Source: a candidate division WOR-3 bacterium (GTDB lineage Bacteria > Hydrothermota > UBA3073 > JACQXS01 > JAGMCI01). Taken from it: DNA of 64,000 bases. The position numbers and the translations under genes were made by a program. The DNA is taken from the NCBI GenBank assembly GCA_023129325.1, contig JAGMCI010000001.1, forward strand, positions 23,722-87,721, in the 5' to 3' direction. Of the stretch, positions 56,600 through 64,000 are shown one piece after another. Under the pieces are notes generated by a model. That model ran no database searches and was not told the DNA's origin. It saw nothing but the letters and a program-made list of their open reading frames with translations. Positions within the stretch are counted from its first letter, which is position 1. The number at the start of each line of letters is the position of its first letter.

Positions 56600-58009
56600 A
56601 TGTTTAATATCTTACTAATTGATGATGAAGCTGATGTAAAAGATGTTTTAGAAAAGATTCTACATTCAGTAGATTGCACCATAAAACAAGAAAAGGACAC
56701 AAGAAAAGCATTGAGCAGGATTAAAGAAGGAAAATGGGACCTTATTTTATTAGACTTGCTTTTTAAGGAAAATGCTCATCCAGTAAAGACACAAAGATAC
56801 GGAGAGAAACTTTCCCAATATTATGGATTGGAAATTCTTGAAGAGAGCAAGAAAAAGTATCCTGAACTTGGAATCATGGTTCTTACTGTTCATGAAGTTA
56901 AGGAATGTCTTAGGAAAGCATTGCAAATAGGAGCATATGATTATTTAGTCAAAGAGTTTGATTCAGAATTTCGGTGTGAACACATCTACCAAAAGATAAA
57001 ACATTACTTAGAAGTAATTCATCTCAAGAAAGAGAATGGACGATTGCGAAGTGAGTTAAGAAAATTTGAAGCTACTCAAGAAATTATTGGAAGAAGTAAA
57101 AAACTTCAAAAGGTGCTCGAACTTGCAAGAAAAGTTGCTGATACTGACTGTACTATCCTTATTCAAGGTGAAACTGGAACAGGTAAGGAGCTTATAGCAA
57201 GAGCAATTCATCAAATGAGCTTAAGGAGAGATAACCCATTCATTACAGTAGATTGTGGCGCCTTGCCAGAGACTTTGTTGGAATCAGAACTTTTTGGTCA
57301 TGAAAAGGGAGCGTTTACAGGAGCCATTCAGAAAAAGGAAGGTCGTCTCAATGCCGCCCACAAAGGGACTATCTTTTTAGATGAGATTGGGGCAGCCTCT
57401 CCTAAGGTGCAAGCAGACCTTCTCCGAGCGATTGAGAAAAAAGAAATTACTCCTATAGGGAGCACAAAACCTTTAAAGATTGATGCAAGAATAATTGTAG
57501 CCACAAATGTTAATTTAGAAGATAAGGTAAAATCAGGTAAATTTAGAAAAGATTTATTTTATCGTTTAAGTGTAGTGCCCATTCATATTCCGCCATTGAG
57601 AGAAAGAACAGAGGATATGTCTTTATTGCTTGAGTACTTTTTAAGGAAATATTGTGCTAAATATAAATTTCCTCTTAAAAGATTTTCTCATCAAGCAATG
57701 GAGTCTCTTACGAAATATAATTGGCCCGGAAATATTAGAGAATTAGAAAACTTAGTAGAGAGCATGGTCACAACTTGTGAGGGAAAAGTAATTGGACATG
57801 AAGCATTACCTGATAAGTTTAAAGCGACACCCGATACGAATAATTTAAGCCTAAGAACCCGCGTGAGATCTTTTGAAAAAGAAATAATTACTTCCGTTCT
57901 TGAACAAAATAATTGGAATTGTGCTAAAGTATCTAATATCCTTAAAATGCCTCCCAGAACATTAGGCTATAGGATTAAAAAATACAATCTGGCAAAAAAT
58001 CGCCGATAA
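56600..58009 (+). CDS. Sigma-54-dependent NtrC-family response regulator (REC, AAA+, Fis-type HTH)
   Basis: ILLIDDEADV, LILLDLLF, GETGTGKELIARAIH, ESELFGHEKGAFTGA (GAFTGA), FLDEIG, and C-terminal NCAKVSNILKMPPRTLGYRIKKY. Confidence 0.9.
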   Translation: MFNILLIDDEADVKDVLEKILHSVDCTIKQEKDTRKALSRIKEGKWDLILLDLLFKENAHPVKTQRYGEKLSQYYGLEILEESKKKYPELGIMVLTVHEVKECLRKALQIGAYDYLVKEFDSEFRCEHIYQKIKHYLEVIHLKKENGRLRSELRKFEATQEIIGRSKKLQKVLELARKVADTDCTILIQGETGTGKELIARAIHQMSLRRDNPFITVDCGALPETLLESELFGHEKGAFTGAIQKKEGRLNAAHKGTIFLDEIGAASPKVQADLLRAIEKKEITPIGSTKPLKIDARIIVATNVNLEDKVKSGKFRKDLFYRLSVVPIHIPPLRERTEDMSLLLEYFLRKYCAKYKFPLKRFSHQAMESLTKYNWPGNIRELENLVESMVTTCEGKVIGHEALPDKFKATPDTNNLSLRTRVRSFEKEIITSVLEQNNWNCAKVSNILKMPPRTLGYRIKKYNLAKNRR

Positions 58010-58074
58010 GAAATAAAATTTACCATCCAGTAGAATTATAAGCTATTAAAGAATTAAGTTAAAACCCCAAATAT

Positions 58075-58104
58075 AAAAAAGGCGAAAATTCGCCTTTTTT
58101 TATT
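58075..58104 (+). terminator. Rho-independent terminator ending the REC-rich operon
   Basis: aaaaaaggcgaaaattcgccttttttt: stem ggcga/tcgcc, followed by a 7-T run. Confidence 0.7.
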
Positions 58105-58258
58105 TCTACCCTATATCTTCTCTTGAGCTTCTTATAATTCTATTCCCCTGAATTTACAACCGTTTTAGAAATTTTCTCAAAGATTTCTTGCTTTGTGTCA
58201 CGGATTTTGCTCTATATATAGTATACCTGAATTCGGAAGAGAGAGGAGGTGAGTTAAG

Positions 58259-58900
58259 ATGAAGGATTTGCTCATCAAAGTCGCTGGCAGTGAAGAACCA
58301 GCTCGGGATGTCACTATCAAACCTGGAACCACAGCAAAAGACATCTTGGAAGGCCTGGGTTTGAAGGGATATTTGCTCTCCAAAGGGCCAGAAGACCCTC
58401 CCTTTGGGGAATCTGAAAACGTGTATCCCCTGGTGGAAAATGGCTCGAAGTTGTTCGCTAGCTTGCCAGCCGAGGTTGGAGGGACCCTTTTGGGTCCCTC
58501 GGCCCACTCTTGTCTATCAAAAGTAATTGCTTGGTTTAAAGAAGGCAGTATCACGGTTACTTCCAGCAAAATTATGATAGAACCGAGAAATAAAATTGTT
58601 GTGGAGAGAAGTAAAAAACCTTACTGGCAAGAAAGAGGATGGAAAAGACACAGATGGATGTACACAGGATATTATAGGACAAGGTATGGAAGCTGGGACG
58701 GCAAAATCGAGAATATTACTTGTTATCCCAAATTTTATATTCATAATCCTCCGTCTAAATTACAGCAACATCCTCATTGGGAATGCTTTATATGCCGGGG
58801 GAGGAGATGGTTTTTGATACATTTTAAGCAAAACCCCAGAAATATAGACTCTGGGATAATCCAAGTTGAGAGGATAATCAATGAAGCATTTAGGATATAA
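58259..58900 (+). CDS. Ubiquitin-like beta-grasp domain ending in Gly-Gly (residues 74-75) fused to a 138-aa Cys/His-rich C-terminal domain
   Basis: MKDLLIKVAG..RDVTIKPGTTAKDILEGLGLKGYLLSK....FGESENVYPLVENGSKLFASLPAEVGG has ubiquitin length and a GG at 58478-58483. The following domain contains YIHNPPSKLQQHPHWECFICRG. RBS gagaggagg. Confidence 0.65.
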   Translation: MKDLLIKVAGSEEPARDVTIKPGTTAKDILEGLGLKGYLLSKGPEDPPFGESENVYPLVENGSKLFASLPAEVGGTLLGPSAHSCLSKVIAWFKEGSITVTSSKIMIEPRNKIVVERSKKPYWQERGWKRHRWMYTGYYRTRYGSWDGKIENITCYPKFYIHNPPSKLQQHPHWECFICRGRRWFLIHFKQNPRNIDSGIIQVERIINEAFRI

Positions 58901-58967
58901 ATATCTATTATCTAACTTATTTTCTTTAGTTTGGTTAATTTTAAAAAATAGAGGAAGGGAGGTCAAG

Positions 58968-59663
58968 ATGAAGCACCAAGATACAGACTTTGTAATAACT
59001 AAGCTGTACTTGGAGGAAGAGAAAAAAGAGATAGAAAGCGAAATTACTAAAGCTATTCAAAAAATTAGAGAAACTTGCGATCGATATGAATACAAAAAGA
59101 CTCAATTGGAGTTTGGACACTTACTTAAAGTGAGTAGACTTAAAGAAATAACAGAAAAAGTTATTAGTTCTTTCGATGTCAGTGAAACTGTTCCTCTTTA
59201 TGTGATAGGGTCTTGGTTTCTGTATGACTGTTATCAATATCTAACCAAAGAACCTGTAGAATCTCTGCATTATGTTACTGGAACCAAACTTGGGAATCTA
59301 TATACCCTGGATAGGATTTGCACTTTTAAATTAGACATACAAACCATTGCCCATGCCCGTGGCAACATTGCCTCTTCGCATAAAGCATTGATAGAGATGG
59401 ATGAGTATGGGCACAGACTTCATGCCCATTTTCACAGCCATCCCGGAAAGGGAGCAGGAGCTACACAGCCTTCTCTTGTGGATGATATCTATCAAAAAGG
59501 ACTAGAAAAAGGCGGTTATTCTGTAATTGGTGGGATTTTTAGTAGGGACGGTTTTTTGAGGTTTTTTTCGTCAAAGAGACAATTTAGGATAAAAATTTAT
59601 GGTGAAGGGGTGGAGGTAATAGATGACAAGATTTATAGGCTCACCAAAGCCAAGACCAGCTAA
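58968..59663 (+). CDS. JAB/JAMM (MPN+) metalloprotease
   Basis: EPVESLHYVTG (Glu) and HAHFHSHPGKGAGATQPSLVDD (HxH...SxxD). ATG 58968 after ggaagggagg. Confidence 0.75.
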   Translation: MKHQDTDFVITKLYLEEEKKEIESEITKAIQKIRETCDRYEYKKTQLEFGHLLKVSRLKEITEKVISSFDVSETVPLYVIGSWFLYDCYQYLTKEPVESLHYVTGTKLGNLYTLDRICTFKLDIQTIAHARGNIASSHKALIEMDEYGHRLHAHFHSHPGKGAGATQPSLVDDIYQKGLEKGGYSVIGGIFSRDGFLRFFSSKRQFRIKIYGEGVEVIDDKIYRLTKAKTS

Positions 59664-60429
59664 ATACATAACTCGGGAAATAAAACCCACCGTAACAGGA
59701 GAAGCCAAGATAACAGATAGACAGGAAAGAATCCCGGGTTTTTCTCAAGAGGTTCTTGAGAGATTGTCTGTAGTTATGATTGGTGGAGGCGGTCTGGGTG
59801 GCGAGATAGGGGAAGGGTTGGTGAGAAAGGGTGTTGGAGAGCTAAGGATTTTTGATGGGGATGTAGTAGAACTTTCAAACTTGAACCGTCAAAGGTTTTA
59901 TAAAAAAGACCTCTATAAAAATAAAGCCAGGTGTTTAGCCAAGAATTTAGCCAGAGAGGCAGTAAAAAACTCAATAATTATTGGATATCCCTTTAGATTC
60001 CAAGAAGCGGTTGAAGAAAATATAGATGTAAGTTGCGATTTAGCAATCTGTGGTGTTGATAATAATCCAACAAGAGCCTATGTTTCTAAATATTTCTATC
60101 GCAGAGAGACTCCTGTGGTATTCACTGCTGTAAGTAGAGATGCCAATAATGGCTATGTTTTCATCCAAGAACCTGATAAAGCTTGTTTTGGATGTTTGTT
60201 TCCAAACGCTATGAATGATACTACTGAACCCTGCCCAGGGGTTCCAGCTATCAAGGATATCCTTAAAGCAGTAGCTGGTTTGACTCTGTATGCGGTCGAT
60301 TCAGTATTTATGAATAGAAGAAGAAATTGGAATTACAAAGAGATATTCTTGGCAAGTTTTGTCCCTGACAAAGCTTTCTGGGTGAAGAGAAAAGATAATT
60401 GTCCTCTTTATGGAGAACACAGCACTTAG
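59623..60429 (+). CDS. E1-like ThiF/MoeB-family adenylyltransferase
   Basis: VMIGGGGLGGEIGEGLVRKGVGELRIFDGDVVELSNLNRQ, GVDNNPTR and CFGC...EPCPG. The start overlaps the JAB gene end. Confidence 0.8.
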   Translation: MTRFIGSPKPRPAKYITREIKPTVTGEAKITDRQERIPGFSQEVLERLSVVMIGGGGLGGEIGEGLVRKGVGELRIFDGDVVELSNLNRQRFYKKDLYKNKARCLAKNLAREAVKNSIIIGYPFRFQEAVEENIDVSCDLAICGVDNNPTRAYVSKYFYRRETPVVFTAVSRDANNGYVFIQEPDKACFGCLFPNAMNDTTEPCPGVPAIKDILKAVAGLTLYAVDSVFMNRRRNWNYKEIFLASFVPDKAFWVKRKDNCPLYGEHST

Positions 60430-60451
60430 GGTTTAAAGAAACACAGTAGCC

Positions 60452-61945
60452 ATGTCAAGAAAAGACAATAAGCCTGATATTCTCATTGAACTGGGAGACA
60501 GTATAGCTACAAGGATTTTGAATGCTCTTACCAAAAGAGATACACAACAGGAGATACCCCAAGGAAGCGTTATTTTAGGTGAAGCTCAAGACCTTTATTA
60601 TCCAGATAAGTTGTCACCTGTGGTTATTTCTCCTAAAGAGAGGTCAAAACATTGCTATATTGCAGGGTCTACCGGCTCCGGAAAGACAAAACTTATTGAA
60701 CATATGATTAGGTCTGACATTCAACTTGGCAATGGCTTTTGCTTAATTGACCCTCACGGAGACTTGAGCCTCAATATTCTAAAATATATAGCCAATTTAC
60801 CTCAAGATAGTTTTGACCCTTCCTGTTTTATTTTAGTAGAGCCCTTTGACCGACAGTACTCAATCGGCTTTAACCCATTGGAAGTTCCTAAAAATGTTCC
60901 TGTTTATTCCCATATTTTAGAGTTAATGAGAGTGTTCCGAAAAATCTGGGGAGACCGTGCTTGGGGTCCCAGGATGGATGAACTTCTAAGAAATAGTTTA
61001 GTCACTTTAGCAGAGAATCAATTAACTTTACTTGAAGCGAGAGCTTTACTTACTGAATCTAATTTTAGAAAAGCCCTTATAAACCGCACTACTAATCAGG
61101 AAGTAAAAGAATATTGGATTTATAGATATAACTCTCTTTCTGAACGAATGCAAGGGATGTATAGGGAGCCAGTTCTTAATAAGGTAAGTGTTTTTGTTAC
61201 TGACCCAAATATAAGATATATGGTTGGACAAACCAAAAGCACCCTTAATTTCAGGGACATAATGGATGAGGGAAAATGGGTTATCTTAAATTTAAGCAAA
61301 GGTTTCTTAAAGGAAAATAGCTATCTATTAGGAGGTTTATTTCTAACTAAGCTCCAAATGGCAGCTATGTCAAGGGCTGATATTCCTGAGGAGAAGCGTC
61401 GCCCCTTCAATGTTTATATTGACGAGTTCCAAAACTTCTCTACTAAAGAGTTTGAAGTAATTTTATCAGAGGCTCGCAAATATAGGTTAGTTTTACATCT
61501 TGCCCATCAAAATGTTGACCAAATACATAGAGAACTTAGGGCCTCAATTTTAGCTAATGTTTGGCTGCAAATATTTTTTAGATTATCTCACCGTGACGCT
61601 GCCTTATTAGCTGATGAAATAAATCCTAAAAATAAACAGGAAGTTATTCGCAAGTTTACTGATTTACATACAAGAGAAGCTTATATAAAAATTAAAGGGC
61701 AAGAACCACGACTAATGCAAACAGCTTATGTAGAAGAAGCTAAAGCCAGTGATTCCCAAGTAGAAGTCATTCGCAATCTATCACGGCAGTGTCACGCCAG
61801 AAAAAGAACCGAAATAGAAAAAGAAATCCAAGCCCGACGAGCTTCAATAGAAAGTATAGACTTTAGTCAGGAAGAGGTTTCAGAAACTCTTAAAATAAGT
61901 CCGTTAAATTCAGAAGAATTTGAGGAGGGTCAAAATGCTTGGTAG
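60452..61945 (+). CDS. TraD/VirD4-like (FtsK/HerA superfamily) DNA-transfer coupling ATPase
   Basis: HCYIAGSTGSGKTKL (Walker A), FCLIDPHGD, FNVYIDEFQNF (Walker B), and LHLAHQNVDQ. Confidence 0.65.
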   Translation: MSRKDNKPDILIELGDSIATRILNALTKRDTQQEIPQGSVILGEAQDLYYPDKLSPVVISPKERSKHCYIAGSTGSGKTKLIEHMIRSDIQLGNGFCLIDPHGDLSLNILKYIANLPQDSFDPSCFILVEPFDRQYSIGFNPLEVPKNVPVYSHILELMRVFRKIWGDRAWGPRMDELLRNSLVTLAENQLTLLEARALLTESNFRKALINRTTNQEVKEYWIYRYNSLSERMQGMYREPVLNKVSVFVTDPNIRYMVGQTKSTLNFRDIMDEGKWVILNLSKGFLKENSYLLGGLFLTKLQMAAMSRADIPEEKRRPFNVYIDEFQNFSTKEFEVILSEARKYRLVLHLAHQNVDQIHRELRASILANVWLQIFFRLSHRDAALLADEINPKNKQEVIRKFTDLHTREAYIKIKGQEPRLMQTAYVEEAKASDSQVEVIRNLSRQCHARKRTEIEKEIQARRASIESIDFSQEEVSETLKISPLNSEEFEEGQNAW

Positions 61946-62771
61946 GCAGAGCCGATATGAGAGAGCATTAAAGCCGAAGCCATTGGCTTTACAAGACCGT
62001 GATACAGCTATGATTAAAGCGTGCTATAAATACAGGTGGCTCTCTCGTGAACAGTTGCAAAGGCTTTTTAATTTTCATTGTATTACAAGAATCAATATCA
62101 GACTCAGAAAGCTATACGACAATAAATATCTTTCAAGGCGGTTCCTCCCTGCTTCAAGAGGTAGTTCCCAAGCTATTTATTCGCTTGGCATTAAGGGAGT
62201 AGATTTAGTGTCTGAGCTGACAGGAGAAGCCCCCAAAATTATTAAGCAAAAAAGAAAAGAAAATTTAGAAGTGAAAGAGATATTTTTAACCCACAATCTT
62301 CTGGTGAGCGATGTAAGAATTGCCTTTTGGCTGGCTATAAAAAATCATCAAGATATGAAGTGGCTTAGGTGGATAGATGAGAGAGAATTACAAATTGAAT
62401 GCAGAAACAAGATACTACAACCAGACGGTTATTGTCAGTATTTTTATCAAGGGAAGTTATTTAATTTTTTCTTAGAGCTTGATAGATCAACTGAAAGCAA
62501 TCCCAGATTCTTAAATTCAAAGGTAGCTCTTTATCTAAAACTTGCTAAATCAGGACTTTATCAGAAAATTTTTGGAGTAAAGTATTTTAGAGTGCTTATA
62601 ATAACGTTAACAGAGGAGAGATTATATAATCTCAAAACAAATATAGAAAAAATAACAGACAAAATATTTTGGCTTACAATAATTGACAAAATAACGCCTG
62701 TCAATGTCTTTGATAAAATTTGGTATAGAGTTGGTAAGGAAGGATTTTATTCTTTATTGGAGACGAAATGA
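61935..62771 (+). CDS. Replication-relaxation family protein
   Basis: LQDRDTAMIKACYKYRWLSREQLQRLF...RLRKLYDNKYLSR matches the N-terminal wHTH pattern of this family. ATG 61935 after gaggagggtcaaa. Confidence 0.6.
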   Translation: MLGRQSRYERALKPKPLALQDRDTAMIKACYKYRWLSREQLQRLFNFHCITRINIRLRKLYDNKYLSRRFLPASRGSSQAIYSLGIKGVDLVSELTGEAPKIIKQKRKENLEVKEIFLTHNLLVSDVRIAFWLAIKNHQDMKWLRWIDERELQIECRNKILQPDGYCQYFYQGKLFNFFLELDRSTESNPRFLNSKVALYLKLAKSGLYQKIFGVKYFRVLIITLTEERLYNLKTNIEKITDKIFWLTIIDKITPVNVFDKIWYRVGKEGFYSLLETK

Positions 62772-63256
62772 AGTATTGTCCTACATGTGGACGGTGGAAT
62801 CAAGGAAGCCCTGTATTTTGCCAGTATTGCGGTCATACTTGGAATTATAGAGTCTGTCCAAGAGGACATCTAAATCCTCCTAATGCAAGATTCTGTCAAG
62901 AATGTGGCTCTCCAGATTTATCTGAACCAGCAGAAGGTAGAGTTCCTATATTCTTTCGTTTAATTAAGCCTTTATTTTGGATATTTGTTATTAGTATTGG
63001 ATTATTAGTTTTTATAAGTTTTATTAAATCTGTCTCTAATACAACCTCTTTAAGTTTCCAATCTTTTATTCCGTCTCTTATACCTATAGGACTTTTATTG
63101 TTGGTTATATTTTTAATCCCAGGGACAATAGGGAGAGGGATAAGGAGAATTATATTTGGGTTAATAAAGTTGGGTTTGAAGACAGTGATAGGGATAGTTA
63201 GTGGCACTTTGCGTTTTTTGTTTGGAATAGGTAAAAGGAATAAAAGTCGGGGGTAA
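62768..63256 (+). CDS. Double zinc-ribbon protein with C-terminal transmembrane helices
   Basis: CPTCGRW...CQYCGH and CPRGH...CQECGS, followed by 3 hydrophobic helices. Confidence 0.6.
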   Translation: MKYCPTCGRWNQGSPVFCQYCGHTWNYRVCPRGHLNPPNARFCQECGSPDLSEPAEGRVPIFFRLIKPLFWIFVISIGLLVFISFIKSVSNTTSLSFQSFIPSLIPIGLLLLVIFLIPGTIGRGIRRIIFGLIKLGLKTVIGIVSGTLRFLFGIGKRNKSRG

Positions 63257-63257
63257 A

Positions 63258-63575
63258 ATGAGAGTCAAAAATCATCGTGAAATGAGAAATAATAAGGATA
63301 TAGAAAAAACCAAACATAGTGCAATCAATACAGGACGCAATACAGGACGATTGCACTACTCATTGCACTATCCTTGGAAAGAGGTTGTTTCTAATCAAAA
63401 TAGTTTTAAACCCATAGAAAGCTTTCCAATTGGTGACTTAGTGGTGACTAAAAGAGGGCATGAAGTAAAGATAATCAGTAGAAGTAATAATCACATAACA
63501 ATTAAAGTTTTAGTGAACAATAAAGAATTAGAATGTCCCTTGTGGATGTTAGTCAAGCCATGGAAAAACTCTTAG
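63258..63575 (+). CDS. Hypothetical protein
   Basis: 105-aa ORF starting 1 nt after the upstream stop. No motif recognised. Confidence 0.4.
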   Translation: MRVKNHREMRNNKDIEKTKHSAINTGRNTGRLHYSLHYPWKEVVSNQNSFKPIESFPIGDLVVTKRGHEVKIISRSNNHITIKVLVNNKELECPLWMLVKPWKNS

Positions 63576-63769
63576 ATATAAGCCAATTATCGGAATTCTT
63601 ATCAGTGAAGCAAGGAACCATCTACTGGTGGGTATCCATAGACTATATTCCCTATTATAAGATTAATCGATTAGTTAGATTCAAAAAAGAGGAAATTATG
63701 GAGTGGTTAAAAAAGAAGAAGCATACCGGAAGGAGAGAGCTTATTCCTCAAATAAATTTGGACTCTTAA
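63560..63769 (+). CDS. Excisionase-type HTH DNA-binding protein (MerR/AlpA-like HTH_17)
   Basis: LLDISQLSEFLSVKQGTIYWWVSIDYIPYYKINRLVRFKKEEIMEWL. Confidence 0.7.
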   Translation: MEKLLDISQLSEFLSVKQGTIYWWVSIDYIPYYKINRLVRFKKEEIMEWLKKKKHTGRRELIPQINLDS

Positions 63770-63821
63770 ATTTAAAAAAATTTCTTGACTTTTGAATATT
63801 CGGTGCTAAATTTATCAAGCT

Positions 63822-64000
63822 ATGAGAATATATAAGAGAGGAAAATCTTGGTATTTAGATTATACTTATAAAAGGAAACGGATTAGAAAGAGTGTCGGAA
63901 GGTCTAAAAAGATGGCAGAACTGGCTTTAAAAGATATTGAAGTCAAAATAGCCAAGGAGGAACATTTAGGGATTCATGATAGGAAAAAGATTCCATTTGA
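63822..64000 (+). CDS. Tyrosine integrase, N-terminal arm-binding region only (runs off the right edge)
   Basis: Not in the ORF track because it has no stop. ATG 63822 gives MRIYKRGKSWYLDYTYKRKRIRKSVGRSKKMAELALKDIEVKIAKEE, the classic KRG..WY.DY...GKR.R.S.G integrase N-terminus, directly after the excisionase. Confidence 0.6.
   Translation, partial: MRIYKRGKSWYLDYTYKRKRIRKSVGRSKKMAELALKDIEVKIAKEEHLGIHDRKKIPF

Larger units (their letters stand above)
58259..64000 (+). mobile_element. Integrative mobilizable element (partial; right boundary outside the window) carrying the Ubl/JAB/E1 operon
   Basis: Co-oriented block of Ubl fusion, JAB, E1, TraD-like ATPase, replication-relaxation protein, Zn-ribbon TM protein, excisionase and integrase. 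It begins right after the terminator of the preceding operon. att sites were not identified. Confidence 0.5.

Noticed and set aside
58154-58569. Two overlapping minus-strand ORFs (117 and 123 aa) opposite the Ubl gene
   Set aside because: They are mutually exclusive with each other and with the plus-strand Ubl-fusion ORF. That ORF has a strong RBS, a ubiquitin-length GG-terminated domain and operon context; the minus-strand ORFs have no RBS or recognisable motifs.
1-64000. Searched the intergenic regions (notably 23100-23600, 24160-24560, 25900-26140, 28024-28205, 39820-40535, 41500-41990, 44508-44763) for CRISPR-like regularly spaced repeats, and the whole window for tRNA/rRNA
   Set aside because: No direct repeats with regular spacers were visible, and there is no cloverleaf-compatible tRNA and no rRNA-like conserved stretch. 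This was done by eye only, so a short or degenerate array could have been missed.

Overview
AT-rich bacterial window that is largely a mosaic of mobile and accessory DNA around a short core-like stretch. All domain calls come from motifs read by eye in the supplied or self-made translations; no HMM or database search was run. Layout: (1) 1-4487 (-), a >=1495-aa STAND-type NTPase ORF that runs off the left edge and is missing from the ORF track. (2) 4643-13618, a Cas4-like nuclease followed by a tightly coupled plus-strand operon (HerA-like ATPase, MoxR/NorQ-like AAA+, macro domain, small acidic/Zn-ribbon proteins, vWA protein with HExxH). (3) 13792-17034, an NDK-like / ATP-grasp-like / radical SAM-SPASM / CYTH operon. 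(4) 17096-22916 (-), a large serine recombinase with a dCTP-deaminase-fold protein, a polytopic membrane protein and a protein with a HEPN-like motif. (5) 24559-25899 (-), a class III nucleotidyl cyclase fused to an unknown domain. (6) 26143-33498, a phage/plasmid-like replication block with duplicated RuvC-like and wHTH genes, dnaN and two radC copies, showing signs of decay. (7) 33951-44507, core-like genes: tandem MGS-like protein, HK/RR pair, methyltransferase operon with a GC-rich structured leader, amino-acid ABC transporter. (8) 44764-58009, a 13-kb operon headed by a 1422-aa Cys-rich histidine-kinase-like giant and saturated with receiver (REC) domains; it includes a PLP decarboxylase-REC fusion, an IMPase/CysQ-family protein and an NtrC-type activator. 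This is my top candidate for an undescribed system. (9) 58259-64000, an integrative mobilizable element (TraD-like ATPase, replication-relaxation protein, excisionase, edge-truncated integrase) carrying a Ubl(GG)-fusion / JAB / E1 operon. No rRNA, tRNA or CRISPR array was seen.
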